Source: Gemmatimonadota bacterium
Lineage (GTDB): Bacteria; Gemmatimonadota; Gemmatimonadetes; Gemmatimonadales; Gemmatimonadaceae
NCBI GenBank assembly: GCA_028876525.1
Contig: JAGWRI010000097.1
Span: forward strand, 1-50,680
Length of the DNA stretch: 50,680 nucleotides
Reading direction: 5' to 3'
Shown here: piece by piece, positions 9,660 through 20,200 of the stretch
How positions within the stretch are numbered: the first letter of the stretch is position 1
Layout: each line of letters starts with the position of its first letter
Translations under genes and position numbers: made by a program
The notes under the pieces: generated by a model
The model's database searches: none
The model's input: the letters and a program-made list of their open reading frames with translations, nothing else
Told to the model about the DNA's origin: nothing

Positions 9660-11383
9660 GCGGGAGATTCCTCCGCCACGGCGGCTTCCGTGGCCGGCAG
9701 GGTCACGACGACGCGGACGCCGCCGCCGGGGGACGCTTCCATTGCGCACCGGCCGCCGTGCATCTCGACGAGCTCGCGCACCACCGCGAGGCCGATGCCG
9801 CTGCCGCCCGTGCCGCGGTCGGCATCGCGGGCCAGCCGCACGTACGGCTCCCAGGCGCGGGCGCGGTCGGCCGGCGAGACGCCCGGCCCCTCGTCGTCGA
9901 GCCAGATGCGGACGGCGTCGCCCGTGCGCGTGCTGCCCACCGTGATCGTCTGGCCCGGCGGCCCGTACTTGGCGGCGTTGTCGAGCAGGTTGAGCATGAT
10001 CTGCCGCAGGGCATCGCGATCCACCATCGCGACGACGCCCAGCTCCAGCTCCGCGCGCAGCTTCATCTGTCGCGACCGGGCCAGCGGGGCGAACAACTCG
10101 AGCGTCTCGCGCAACTCCTTCTCGAGGTCGCTCGGCACGGGCGAGATGCGGCTCTGCCGGCGCTCGGACCGCGAGAAGTTGAGGACGTTCTCGACGAGAT
10201 AGGTGAGGCGCCGCGCCTCCTGGTCGATGATGCCCGCCGAACGCGTGCGCTCCTCCTCGGAGCGCAGCTTGCCCATGTGCAGCAGCTCGGAGAACCAGCG
10301 GATCTGGGCCAGTGGCGTGCGCAGCTCGTGCGACACGCCCGACACGAAGTCCGTGCGCAGCCGCGCCAGCTCCTGCTCGCGCCGCAGCTGCACGAGCGCG
10401 ATGGCGAGCAGGATCGCCATCACGAGGAGCAGAGCGAGGAGCATCGGCAGCCGCGACGGGGGCAGGCCGCCCACGATCAGCCGGGCGCCGACGTCGGGCC
10501 GCAGCGCCACGCGCAGCACGAGGCTCGCGAAGTTCGGCTCGAGCGTGTCGGAGGCGCTGTACATCAGGTCGTACTGCCCGGGCGAGCCGAACAGCGGGTT
10601 CCCGTGCACATCGCTGATTCCCAGCGAGAGCACGGAGTCGATCGGCGTGGTGCCAACGAGCGACGGCGGCAGGAGCACCGAGCGGTGGTAGATCGAGTCG
10701 AAGGCCGTGCGCAGGAACGGGCGCGGCGGCGTCGCATAGCCGTAAATCACCACCGGCCGCCCCTTGACGTCGCGCGACACCAGGAAGACCAGGAGCTGCG
10801 GCATCGCGTCGTGCTCGCCGAGGATCATCACGTACGAGTCGTTGGTGAGGATCACCTGCAGCGTCGACTGTGGCCGCGGCTGCACGTCGGTCGAGCCGTA
10901 CGCCTTGGGGAGCATCCCGGTGAGCGGTTCCATCCGCTTCACATAGGCCCGGATCGTGTCGCGCGCCCAGCGCAGCTCCTCGGCGCTGGCCGACGTCCGC
11001 GTGGTCTGCATCGGTCCGTCGGGCCAGTCGATGCGGAAGAAATAGCGCGTGCTGTCCAGGCACTTGCACCACCAGCCGGCGTAGTTCCGGGCCAGCTCCT
11101 CCACCGACTCCGGCGAGATGAGCGACTGCGGGAGGCGCGCCGGATCCACGCGCATCGCCCCCCACATCAGCGACGGGATCATCGTCGTGAGCAACTCGTT
11201 CTTCATCCGCTGCTCGAACTGCCAATCGGCGAACGACGCGTAGTCGCGCAGCGTGCGCTCGGCGGTGAGCCGGTGGCCGCGCGCCGCCAGCTGCGCCTCG
11301 TAGACGAGCACGGCCGTGACCAGGAGCGCGAGCCCCAGAATGACGACGGTGCCGACGAGCCGGGACGGACGGGGGTGGGACAT
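9656..11383 (-). CDS. sensor histidine kinase with a large (about 280 aa) periplasmic domain
   Basis: 575 aa, ATG at 11383. TM1 spans roughly residues 9-28 and TM2 roughly 312-331. H-box FVSGVSHELRTPL, N-box LLDNAAKYG, G-boxes DEGPGV / GGSGIGLAVV. Confidence 0.92.
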   Translation of the reverse strand: MSHPRPSRLVGTVVILGLALLVTAVLVYEAQLAARGHRLTAERTLRDYASFADWQFEQRMKNELLTTMIPSLMWGAMRVDPARLPQSLISPESVEELARNYAGWWCKCLDSTRYFFRIDWPDGPMQTTRTSASAEELRWARDTIRAYVKRMEPLTGMLPKAYGSTDVQPRPQSTLQVILTNDSYVMILGEHDAMPQLLVFLVSRDVKGRPVVIYGYATPPRPFLRTAFDSIYHRSVLLPPSLVGTTPIDSVLSLGISDVHGNPLFGSPGQYDLMYSASDTLEPNFASLVLRVALRPDVGARLIVGGLPPSRLPMLLALLLVMAILLAIALVQLRREQELARLRTDFVSGVSHELRTPLAQIRWFSELLHMGKLRSEEERTRSAGIIDQEARRLTYLVENVLNFSRSERRQSRISPVPSDLEKELRETLELFAPLARSRQMKLRAELELGVVAMVDRDALRQIMLNLLDNAAKYGPPGQTITVGSTRTGDAVRIWLDDEGPGVSPADRARAWEPYVRLARDADRGTGGSGIGLAVVRELVEMHGGRCAMEASPGGGVRVVVTLPATEAAVAEESPA

Positions 11384-11525
11384 CGTGGATCCAAATGAAA
11401 CGCCGTTTTGCGGCGCCAGCCAGCGGGCGCCCGCCGTCTTACCAAAGGCTTACAGCGGCGAGACCGCCGCCGGAGCACGCCGCCGGCGCTTGACGGCAAA
11501 CACCCGGACCGCGAACTCTCTACCC

Positions 11526-13298
11526 ATGTCTCCCGCCCCGGCGTCGTTCATCCGCGGAATCTTCAACGGCGCCGTGCACGACTCGCTGCTCTTTCCCTAC
11601 CCCGCCCCCCTCGACCGCCGCGATCCGGACGAGGCTCGCCGGGTCGCGGCGCTCCTCCGCCGCCTGCGCGACATCGCCCGCGATCTCGTGGACCCGGCCG
11701 CGATCGACGATCAGGAGACGATCCCCGAGCCGGTGATCGCGGCCATGGCCGGCGCCGGCCTGCTGGGGCTGACGATCCCCGCCGAGTACGGAGGCGCCGG
11801 CCTGTCCCCCACCGGCTACGCCCGCGTGTTCGGCGAGGTGGCCCTCGTGGACGCCAGCCTCGCGGTGCTCGTCGGCGTCCACTGCGGCCTCGGCGCGAAG
11901 GCCATCGTGCTCCACGGCACGCCCGAGCAGAAGGCGCGCTACCTCCCGGCGCTGGCCCGCGGCGAGACGCTGGCCGCGTTCGCGCTCACCGAGCCGGAAA
12001 CCGGGTCGGACGCCCAGCACGTGCGGACCCGCGCCGAGCGCGCGCCCGGCGGCGGGTGGGTGCTGAACGGGCACAAGCACTGGATCGGCAACGGGCACCG
12101 CGCGGGCGTGATCGTGACCTTCGCCCGGACCATGGTCGAACGGCGGGGCGCCATGGCGCCCCGCCCCACGGCGTTCATCGTGCGACCGGACATGCCGGGG
12201 TTCAAGGTTCTCGGCACCGTGCGCAAGCTCGGCATCCGGGGGTCGACGCAGGCCGAGCTGCTGTACGAGAACGTCGGCGTGCCCGACGATCACGTGCTGG
12301 GCCCGGTGGGCAAGGGGTTCGCCGTGGCCGTCCACGTGTTGAACGGCGGCCGGCTGTCGCTGGCCGCGGCGTGCACGGCGAACACGAAGCGGATCCTGGC
12401 CGAGATGACGGCGTTCGCCGGCGAGCGCGTGCAGTTCGGCCGGCCGATTGCCGATTTCGAGATCACGCAGCGAAAGCTGGCGCGCGTCGCCGCCGACGCG
12501 TACGCGGCGGACGCGATGCTCGGCGAGCTGACGGCGATGGCCGGGCGGCCCGACCGCGACGACGCGCTCGAGGCCGCCTGCTGCAAGGTCTTTGCCAGCG
12601 AGATGCTCTGGCGGTCGGCCGACGAGCTGGTGCAGGTGGCCGGCGGGCGGGGGTTCGTGAAGCCATATCCCTACGAGCGCCTGCTGCGCGACGCCCGGGT
12701 AAATCGCATCTTCGAGGGAACGAACGAGGTGCTGCGGCTGTTCATCGCCCTGAACGGCCTCCAGGGTCCCGCCGGCCGGCTGCGCGAGGTCGCGGTGGCG
12801 CTGCGCCATCCGCTGCGCCACCTCGGGCTGGTGAGCGGCTTCGCCGCGTCGCGCGTGCGGAGCCGGCTGGGGGCCACGGGCGCGCTCGACGCGGCGCTCC
12901 ACCCGCGCATCGAGGGGCACCGCAAGTACTTCGAGCGGCACGTCCGCGAGCTGGCCGAGGCCGCGGAGCGGCTGCTCGGCGCGTATCGGGAGCAGATCGC
13001 CGAGCGGCAGATGGAGCTGGAGCGACTGGCCGACATGGCGGTGGAGCTGTTCGCCACCGCCGCCGTGCTGGCGCGCACGCAGTGGCTCATCGCCGAGCGC
13101 GGAATCGCGGCCTGCGCGCACGAGGTGGATCTGTGCGACCTGTGCGTGGTCGAGGCCGGCCTGCGGTTCCGCGCCGCCCGCGAGGCGCTGCAGTCGCTGC
13201 AGGATGAGACGCGCCGGGCGATCGCGAGGTCAGTACGGGAGGCGGGCGGCTACGTGCCCGCCGACGCGTTGATGGACGGGTCCGAACGAATGGAGTGA
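11526..13298 (+). CDS. acyl-CoA dehydrogenase, long form with C-terminal extension (VLCAD/ACAD9-like)
   Basis: 590 aa from ATG at 11526 (MSPAPASFIRGIFNG...). Motifs ALTEPETGSDA, GHKHWIGNG, RIFEGTNEVL, followed by about 180 extra C-terminal residues. No SD upstream. Confidence 0.9.
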   Translation: MSPAPASFIRGIFNGAVHDSLLFPYPAPLDRRDPDEARRVAALLRRLRDIARDLVDPAAIDDQETIPEPVIAAMAGAGLLGLTIPAEYGGAGLSPTGYARVFGEVALVDASLAVLVGVHCGLGAKAIVLHGTPEQKARYLPALARGETLAAFALTEPETGSDAQHVRTRAERAPGGGWVLNGHKHWIGNGHRAGVIVTFARTMVERRGAMAPRPTAFIVRPDMPGFKVLGTVRKLGIRGSTQAELLYENVGVPDDHVLGPVGKGFAVAVHVLNGGRLSLAAACTANTKRILAEMTAFAGERVQFGRPIADFEITQRKLARVAADAYAADAMLGELTAMAGRPDRDDALEAACCKVFASEMLWRSADELVQVAGGRGFVKPYPYERLLRDARVNRIFEGTNEVLRLFIALNGLQGPAGRLREVAVALRHPLRHLGLVSGFAASRVRSRLGATGALDAALHPRIEGHRKYFERHVRELAEAAERLLGAYREQIAERQMELERLADMAVELFATAAVLARTQWLIAERGIAACAHEVDLCDLCVVEAGLRFRAAREALQSLQDETRRAIARSVREAGGYVPADALMDGSERME

Positions 13299-13299
13299 C

Positions 13300-13932
13300 A
13301 TGCGACGCATCTACGACATCTCGACGCCGATCGAGTCCGGCGGGGTCGTCTACCCGGGCAATCCGGACATCCGGATCGAGCTCCAGCAGGCGATCGCGCG
13401 CGGGGCGAGCTCCAACGTGTCGAACATCGCGATGGGCTCGCACACCTGCACCCACGTGGACGCCCCGCGCCATTTCTTCGACGACGGCGCGGGCACCGAC
13501 ACGCTCCCGCTCGACGCGCTGATGGGGCCGGCCCTGCTCATCGCCATGGAGCCCGACGTCATGGCGGTGACCGCCGACCTGCTCCGCCCGTACGACCTCA
13601 CGCATGTCTCGCGCGTGCTCATCCGCACCCGCAATTCGTCGTTCATCGGCGACGGCCGGTTCCACAGCGACTTCACGTACCTGTCTCCCGACGGCGCCGG
13701 GTACCTCGTGGAGCAGAACGTGCGGCTGGTCGGCGTGGACTACCTGTCGGTGGAACAGTTCCATTCGGGGCACCACCAGACGCACCGCACCCTGCTCGGA
13801 CGCGGCGTGGTCATCGTCGAGGGCCTCGACCTCCGCGAGCCGCCCCCGGGCGTCTACGAACTGCGCTGCCTGCCCCTGCGCCTCGTCGGGCTGGACGGCG
13901 CCCCGGCGCGGGCCGTGCTGCTCGCCTCCTGA
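13300..13932 (+). CDS. cyclase-family protein (kynurenine formamidase / arylformamidase-like hydrolase)
   Basis: 210 aa. GGAG lies 5 nt upstream, and the ATG is 1 nt after the ACAD stop. Metal motif [14 protein letters not shown] (HxxxHxDxPxH) is characteristic of the putative-cyclase family. Confidence 0.85.
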   Translation: MRRIYDISTPIESGGVVYPGNPDIRIELQQAIARGASSNVSNIAMGSHTCTHVDAPRHFFDDGAGTDTLPLDALMGPALLIAMEPDVMAVTADLLRPYDLTHVSRVLIRTRNSSFIGDGRFHSDFTYLSPDGAGYLVEQNVRLVGVDYLSVEQFHSGHHQTHRTLLGRGVVIVEGLDLREPPPGVYELRCLPLRLVGLDGAPARAVLLAS

Positions 13933-13970
13933 CGCGCGGACCTTCTCTTCTCTTTCCGGAATCGATCCAC

Positions 13971-14873
13971 ATGCAATTGGCAATGATCGGATTGGGCCGC
14001 ATGGGCGGCAACATGGTGGAACGTCTCCTCCGCGACCGGCACACCGTGGTCGTGTTCGACCGCAGCGCCGACGCGGTGCAGAAGTCGGCCCGGCTGGGCG
14101 CGACGCCGGCGACCGACCTCGCCGACCTGTGCGCGCAGCTCAAGGCGCCGCGCGTGGTGTGGATCATGGTGCCCGCCGGCGCGCCGGTGGACGAGACCAT
14201 CGACGCCCTCGTGCCGCACCTCGGCCAGGGCGACGTCATCATCGACGGGGGGAACTCCAATTTCCACGATTCGATGCGCCGCGCCGCGGCGCTCGCCGGG
14301 CGCGGCCTCGAGTTCATCGACGCCGGCACGAGCGGCGGCATCTGGGGGCTGGAGAACGGCTACTGCCTGATGGTGGGCGGCTCGCGCCGCGCCGTGACCT
14401 ACTGCGAGCCCATCTTCAAGACGCTCGCGCCCCGCGACGGCTTCGCCCACGTCGGCCCCGCCGGCGCCGGCCACTACGTGAAGATGGTGCACAACGGCAT
14501 CGAATACGGCCTCCTCGAGGCGTACGCCGAAGGCTACGAGGTGCTCCACGCGTCCAAGACCTTCCCCGGCCTGGACCTCGAGCAGATCTCCGCGGTGTGG
14601 CAGCACGGAAGCGTGGTGCGGTCATGGCTCAACGAGCTGGCCGTGCGCGCCTTCTCCAGCGATGCCTCGCTGTCGGCGATCCGCGGGTGGGTGGCCGACT
14701 CCGGCGAGGGCCGGTGGACGGTGGCCGAGGCGATCGACCTGGACGTGCCGGCGCCGGTGATCACGCTCTCGCTGCTCACCCGCTTCCGCTCGCGGCAGGA
14801 GGACAGCTTCTCGGCCAAGGTGATCGCCGCGCTGCGCAACGAATTCGGCGGCCACGCGGTGAAGGCCGAATGA
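13971..14873 (+). CDS. gnd: 6-phosphogluconate dehydrogenase (decarboxylating), short YqeC-like form
   Basis: 300 aa. Rossmann [11 protein letters not shown]; [25 protein letters not shown]. Confidence 0.92.
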   Translation: MQLAMIGLGRMGGNMVERLLRDRHTVVVFDRSADAVQKSARLGATPATDLADLCAQLKAPRVVWIMVPAGAPVDETIDALVPHLGQGDVIIDGGNSNFHDSMRRAAALAGRGLEFIDAGTSGGIWGLENGYCLMVGGSRRAVTYCEPIFKTLAPRDGFAHVGPAGAGHYVKMVHNGIEYGLLEAYAEGYEVLHASKTFPGLDLEQISAVWQHGSVVRSWLNELAVRAFSSDASLSAIRGWVADSGEGRWTVAEAIDLDVPAPVITLSLLTRFRSRQEDSFSAKVIAALRNEFGGHAVKAE

Positions 14874-16477
14874 CGGCCCCCCCGCCCCCCCGCCGCGTCG
14901 CGGCGCGCCCCAGCCAGGTGCTGCGCTCGATCGGCGCCGAGCGGCGCATCGCCGACCCGTGCACGATGGTCGTGCTCGGCGCCAGCGGCGACCTCTCGCG
15001 GCGCAAGCTGATGCCGGCGCTCTACCAGCTCTGCCACGACGGCCTTCTCCCGGACGCCTTCGAGCTGCTGGGCGTGGGGCGCGACGCCTTCGACGACGAC
15101 GGATTCCGCCAGATGGTGCGCGACGAGCTCGGCAAGTCCGACGAGCTCGAGGCGGTGGACGACGCGGTGTGGGCCCGCCTCGGCCCGAAGCTGCATTACG
15201 TCTCGGGCGACTTCGCCGACGCGCAGAGTTACCGCACGATCGGCGACCGCCTGACGGAGCTGGAGCAGCCGCGGCCGGCCGACCAGCGCAACCGCCTGTT
15301 CTACCTCGCCGTGCCGCCGAGCGTGTTCGAGGAGATCGTCCGCCACCTGTCGCAGAGCGGCCTCGCGCCGAAGTCCGACGGCCCCGACGAGCGTCCGTGG
15401 CGCCGGGTGGTGATCGAGAAGCCGTTCGGCCACAGCCTGGCCACGGCCCGGGCGCTCAACCACCTCGTGCTCGAGCTGTTCGACGAGTGCCAGCTGTTCC
15501 GCATCGATCATTACCTGGGCAAGGAGACCGTCCAGAGCATTCTCGTATTCCGGTTCGCGAACGCGATCTTCGAACCGCTGTGGAACCGCCAGTCCATCGC
15601 CCACGTGCAGATCACGGTGGCCGAAACGGTGGGCGTGGAGCAGCGCGGCGGCTATTACGAGGAAGCCGGCGTGCTCCGCGACATGTTCCAGAACCATCTG
15701 ATGCAGCTCCTCGCGCTCACCGGCATGGAACCGCCGGTGACGATGAACGCCGACGCCGTGCGCGACGAGAAGGTCAAGGTGCTGCGCTCGGTGCGCATGA
15801 TGGGACCGGCGGAGATCGACGAGTCCGTGGTCCGGGCGCAGTACCGCGCCGGCCGCATCGGGGGCCGGGACGTGACCGGCTACCGCGAGGAGCCGATGAT
15901 CGCGCCGAACTCGGCCACGCCGACCTACGCCGCGATGCGGCTCTTCCTCGACAACTGGCGGTGGAAGGGCGTGCCCTTCTTCCTCCGCTCGGGGAAGCGC
16001 CTCGCCGAGCGGGTATCGGAGATCGCCGTGCAGTTCCGCGATCCGCCCCACCTCATGTTCGGCCACGAAACGCGCAAGCTCCTGGCGCCCAACACGCTCG
16101 TCATGCGCATCCAGCCCGACGAGGGCATCTCGCTCTCGTTCCAGGTCAAGACCCCGGGCGCGGCGTACCAGCTCGCGCGCCAGGTCGAGGTCGCGCCGGT
16201 GGCGATGGACTTCAAGTACCGCGCGGCCTTCGGCGACGCGAACCCCCCGGCCTACGAAACGCTCCTCCTCGACGTCATGCTCGGCGACGCCACGCTGTTC
16301 ACCCGCAGCGACGAGGTGGAGGCGGCGTGGAAGGTGGTGGACCCGATTCTCGATTTCTGGGACGCCCACCCGCCGGCGCGCATGGAGACCTACGAGGCCG
16401 GCACCTGGGGGCCGACCTCGGCCCACCAGCTCATCGCCCAGAACGGCTTCGCCTGGCGCGTGCCCGATCAGGAGTGA
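14870..16477 (+). CDS. zwf: glucose-6-phosphate 1-dehydrogenase
   Basis: 535 aa. The ATG at 14870 overlaps the gnd stop (ATGA). Motifs [35 protein letters not shown]. Confidence 0.95.
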   Translation: MTAPPPPRRVAARPSQVLRSIGAERRIADPCTMVVLGASGDLSRRKLMPALYQLCHDGLLPDAFELLGVGRDAFDDDGFRQMVRDELGKSDELEAVDDAVWARLGPKLHYVSGDFADAQSYRTIGDRLTELEQPRPADQRNRLFYLAVPPSVFEEIVRHLSQSGLAPKSDGPDERPWRRVVIEKPFGHSLATARALNHLVLELFDECQLFRIDHYLGKETVQSILVFRFANAIFEPLWNRQSIAHVQITVAETVGVEQRGGYYEEAGVLRDMFQNHLMQLLALTGMEPPVTMNADAVRDEKVKVLRSVRMMGPAEIDESVVRAQYRAGRIGGRDVTGYREEPMIAPNSATPTYAAMRLFLDNWRWKGVPFFLRSGKRLAERVSEIAVQFRDPPHLMFGHETRKLLAPNTLVMRIQPDEGISLSFQVKTPGAAYQLARQVEVAPVAMDFKYRAAFGDANPPAYETLLLDVMLGDATLFTRSDEVEAAWKVVDPILDFWDAHPPARMETYEAGTWGPTSAHQLIAQNGFAWRVPDQE

Positions 16478-16504
16478 CCGGCGGCGGCGGATTCGCGCGC
16501 CGGC

Positions 16505-17254
16505 CTAGCGTCGGCCCCCGTCGCCGTCCCCGTCGCCGCCCCGGCCACGGCGGCCGCGGAACGAGGGACCGAAGCCGCCGCGGTTCAGCGACATGTTCGC
16601 CGTGAGCGTGTCGCCCCACGCTTCGGTGACGCGCGCCGTGAGGATGTGGTCGAGCCGCGGGAACTTCCGTTTCAGATACGCGTTCCCGTCGCGTTCGATC
16701 GAGTCCTGCGACGGCGCGTTGCCGTAGCCGCTGTACAGCGAGTCGAGGGCGTCCATCCCCTGGATCACCTGCGCGAAGGGCGGGAAGCCGAAGCCGTTCA
16801 GCGTGTCGAGCTTCGTGTTGTTCGCGTAGTTGACGTACAGCTGGACGCCGCGCGTCTGCGGGCCGGCGCGGGCGAAGGCGATCGTGCCCCGCAGGTTGCT
16901 CCGCATGACCGGTTCGTCGAGCAGGTCGCGGTGACGCCAGGCCAGGTTGACGGCCGGATTGCCCGAGATCCCCCACTGCGCCACGTAGCCCTTGACGACG
17001 CGAAAAAAGTAGGCGTCGTCGTAGTAGCCGTGCGTGACCAGGAAGTAGAACCGGTCGGCCGCGTAGGGCGACCAGTCGCGGTGCGCCACGACGAGGACCG
17101 GGCCCCGCGTGGTCTGGAGCGCCACGCGGAAACTGTCGGGCCCCGGGGTCTGCAGCTCCTCGGGCGTGGGCTCGAGGAGCGGCGACCGGCGCGAGCACGC
17201 GCCGAGAACGGCGGTGCTCGCGACGAACAAAAGAAGCGGCGCGATGCGGCGCAT
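16505..17254 (-). CDS. cyclophilin-type peptidyl-prolyl cis-trans isomerase, lipoprotein, with Gly/Arg/Asp-rich C-terminal tail
   Basis: 249 aa from ATG at 17254 (MRRIAPLLLFVASTAVLGAC, lipobox-like). Cyclophilin core FFRVVKGYVAQWG ... GTIAFARAG. The tail is NRGGFGPSFRGRRGRGGDGDGDGGRR. The start overlaps the upstream stop by 1 nt (TGATG at 17252-17256). Confidence 0.85.
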   Translation of the reverse strand: MRRIAPLLLFVASTAVLGACSRRSPLLEPTPEELQTPGPDSFRVALQTTRGPVLVVAHRDWSPYAADRFYFLVTHGYYDDAYFFRVVKGYVAQWGISGNPAVNLAWRHRDLLDEPVMRSNLRGTIAFARAGPQTRGVQLYVNYANNTKLDTLNGFGFPPFAQVIQGMDALDSLYSGYGNAPSQDSIERDGNAYLKRKFPRLDHILTARVTEAWGDTLTANMSLNRGGFGPSFRGRRGRGGDGDGDGGRR

Positions 17255-20200
17255 CAGGGGTTGGCGATCCCAGCCTCCACGTGCGGAACCTTGTCCTGCC
17301 ACAGGTAGTGGGGAAGCGCGCGCGTCCGGGGAAAGACCTCGTCGAGCGTGCTCCCGTCGTACAGGCGGCCGTTCTTCATCACGTAGCGGATGGTGTTGGT
17401 GTTGCGGATGTTCTCGAGCGGATTCGCCTCGAGCACGACCAGGTCTGCCATCTTACCCGCCTCGATGCTTCCGAGGTCCTTTTCCATCCCGATCCCCTCG
17501 GCGCCCAGGATCGTGGCGCAGCGGAGGACGTCGTAGGGTTTCATCCCCCCCATGGCCAGCATCCACATCTCCCACTGGTAGCCCAGCCCCTGGAACTGGC
17601 CGTGGCTGCCCACGCCCACCCGGCCGCCGGCCTCGACGACCCCCTTGGAGAAGGCGGCGTGCAGCGGGAACACATATTCCTCCGGCCGGAACCAGCCGCC
17701 CGGCCCCGGGCTCCCCCCGGCGCCCTGGCCCCGCCGCCGGGTCTTCTCGTCGATGTCGTTTTCGGGGTGGAAGTGCCGCACCTTGGGATCGTCGTGCACG
17801 TTGGTGTTCGTGAACCAGTAGTTCTCGCCGAACGGCGCGCCGTACGAGACGATCAGCGTCGGGGTGTTGGTGGTCCCGCTCCTGGCCCAGAAGTTGACCA
17901 CGTCGCCGTACAGCGGCGTGATGGGCAGGGTGTGCTCCACGCCGGGATAACCGTCCATGGCGTGCGTCATCTCGAGCTTGAAGTCCAGCCCGCCCTCGGT
18001 GGTCGGCATCAGCCCCAGCTCCCGGGCCGCCATGATGATGTACTCGCGCGTGAGCCGGTTGCCCGACATGTACATCTTGAGCGTATTCGTATGGTAATAC
18101 TCGGCGTAGCGCCTGAGCACGTCGCGGGCGTCTTCCAGCGTCCGGATGTTCTCGCCGCTGAACACCCCGGGGCCGGTGGAGTAGATGCGCGGGCCCACCA
18201 TGTCCCCCGTCTCCACCTGGTCCTCGTACGTCAGCACCTCGGTGTTCGAGGTCTGCGGGTCGCGCGTCGTCGTCACGCCGTAGGCGAGCATGGCCAGGTA
18301 CTGCCACACCTGCCCCACGTGCACGTCGGGCACCAGCCACTGTGTGTGGTAGTGCGTGTCCACGAATCCGGGCACGATGGTCTTGCCGCTCATGTCCAGC
18401 ACCTTGGCGCCGGCCGGGATCGCCACGCTCCCCCGCTTGCCCACTGCCTCGATCCGGTCGTTGCGGATCACGATGTCGGCATTCTCGATCACCTCGCGCC
18501 CCCGCATCGTGAGCACGCGCGCGCCGCGCAGCACCGCCGTGGCCTGCGGCACGTCGCGCGTGATGGCGACGACCACGCGGTGCTCCGACGGCTTGTAGCC
18601 GGCCGCCTTGCGCTCCGCCGTGTCGGCGCCCGCCCCGCCCCCGCCGCCGCCCGTGCGGGCCGCCGCCAGGCTGTCATCCACCTGCTGGGCCCGCGCCAGA
18701 TCGTACGTCACGATCGCGTTGCCCATGCCCCAGTACACGGTGTTGCCGTCGGGGCTCCACGCGGGGAACTCGCCGCCGATCTCGGTCAGCTTGCGCACCG
18801 GGAAGGCCGCGTTCTTGGGATCGGCCACGACCCGCGGGTCGGGGCCCACCCCGTGCGGCACCGACACAGCGTAGAGGTGCATCCCGATCTGCGCCACCAC
18901 CCGGTTGCCGTCCGGGCTGATCCGCACGGCCTGGGCGCCGCGCGCCGGCGGATTGTCCTCCAGCGCCCCGGCCACCGTCGGATCGGGCAGGTCGGTGCCG
19001 CCCAGCTGCCCCTCGCCGTCCACGCCGCCCCGGCCGCTCGCGGGCACCGTCACCCGCACGACGTGCTTCTCGTCGGTGCCATCCCAGCGCACCGACACCA
19101 GCCCCTGCGACGCGCTGTACAGGAACACGCGACTCGTGTCGAGCCGGCTGAACTGCGGCGCGGCGAAGCTGCCGGCCGGCATGATCACCGTCGCATCGCC
19201 GCCGTCGGCCGGCACCCAGACGATGTGCCGGTCGAGCCCGCCGTTGAACGTGCCGGCGTTTTCCTGCAGGTCGCGCGCCGAGGCGCGCACCGCCACCAGC
19301 CGCCGGCCGTCGGGCGACCAGGCGAGGTCGCGGTAGTACGCCGCTTCGGTGCTCACCTTCCGCGGCGCGCCCCCGTCGGCACTCACGCGATAGATCTCGC
19401 CGCCCACGTCGTCGTTCCACGTCACGAAGGCGACGGACCGCCCGTCGGGCGACCACGCGGGCTGGAACTCGCCGGTGTCCATGGCCGCCAGCCGGCGCGG
19501 CGTGCCGCCGATCGAATCGACCACGTACAGCCGGTCGAGGATCGTGAACGCCATCCGGCGCCCGTCGGGCGCCACGGCAAGGTCGCGCACCTGGTGCGCC
19601 GGAAACGTGGACGCGCTGTCCACCCGGTACGCGAACCGCACCTCGGGCCCCATCGCCACGTGGACGTGCGCCGTGAACGGGATCTGCGCCGCCCGGCTCC
19701 CGTCCACCGGCACCCGCCAGAACTCGCCGCCGTACGACACGATGATCGCTCGGTTGTCCGGCGTGAACGCGTACCCGGGAAGCACATCGAGCGGGGCGCG
19801 CGATTCCTGGTCGTCGCGCTGCACCGGATAGGCCAGCCAGCGCTCCATGCCCGTCTCGAGGTTGCGGAGGCGGAGTCCCGTCCTGGCCTCGTACCGGGTG
19901 CCGTACACGAGCCACTTGCCGTCGTGCGAGATCTCGGGGCGGAATGCCGAGCCGTCGCGCGACGTCGTGACCGCGGTGCGGCCCGTCTCGCGGTCGTACT
20001 CGGCCAGCTCGTACTGCGGAAAGATGGCGTTGTACGACCAGTCGCCGGTGCGCTGGGCGTACCAGATGTATCGTCCGTTGGGCTCGAACGCGGCGCCCAG
20101 CGTCTTCAGCGTCGCCGGCTCGGTGATCAGCGCCGTGCCGCTGCCGCCCTTGACGTCGAAGATCCAGAGCTTGGCCACGCCCCCGGTGGCGCCGCCCTTC

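Noticed and set aside
13941-13957. 17-nt all-pyrimidine tract (ccttctcttctctttcc) upstream of gnd.
   Set aside because: It is striking by eye, but I cannot tie it to a known element. It has no partner purine tract for a structure and no promoter hexamers at proper spacing. It is mentioned only in passing in the ACAD/cyclase finding.
16478-16504. Possible hairpin CCGGCG...CGCCGG between convergent zwf and the cyclophilin gene.
   Set aside because: It has only a 6-bp outer stem with a 14-nt loop and a bulged inner helix, which is too weak to call a terminator in a GC-rich background.
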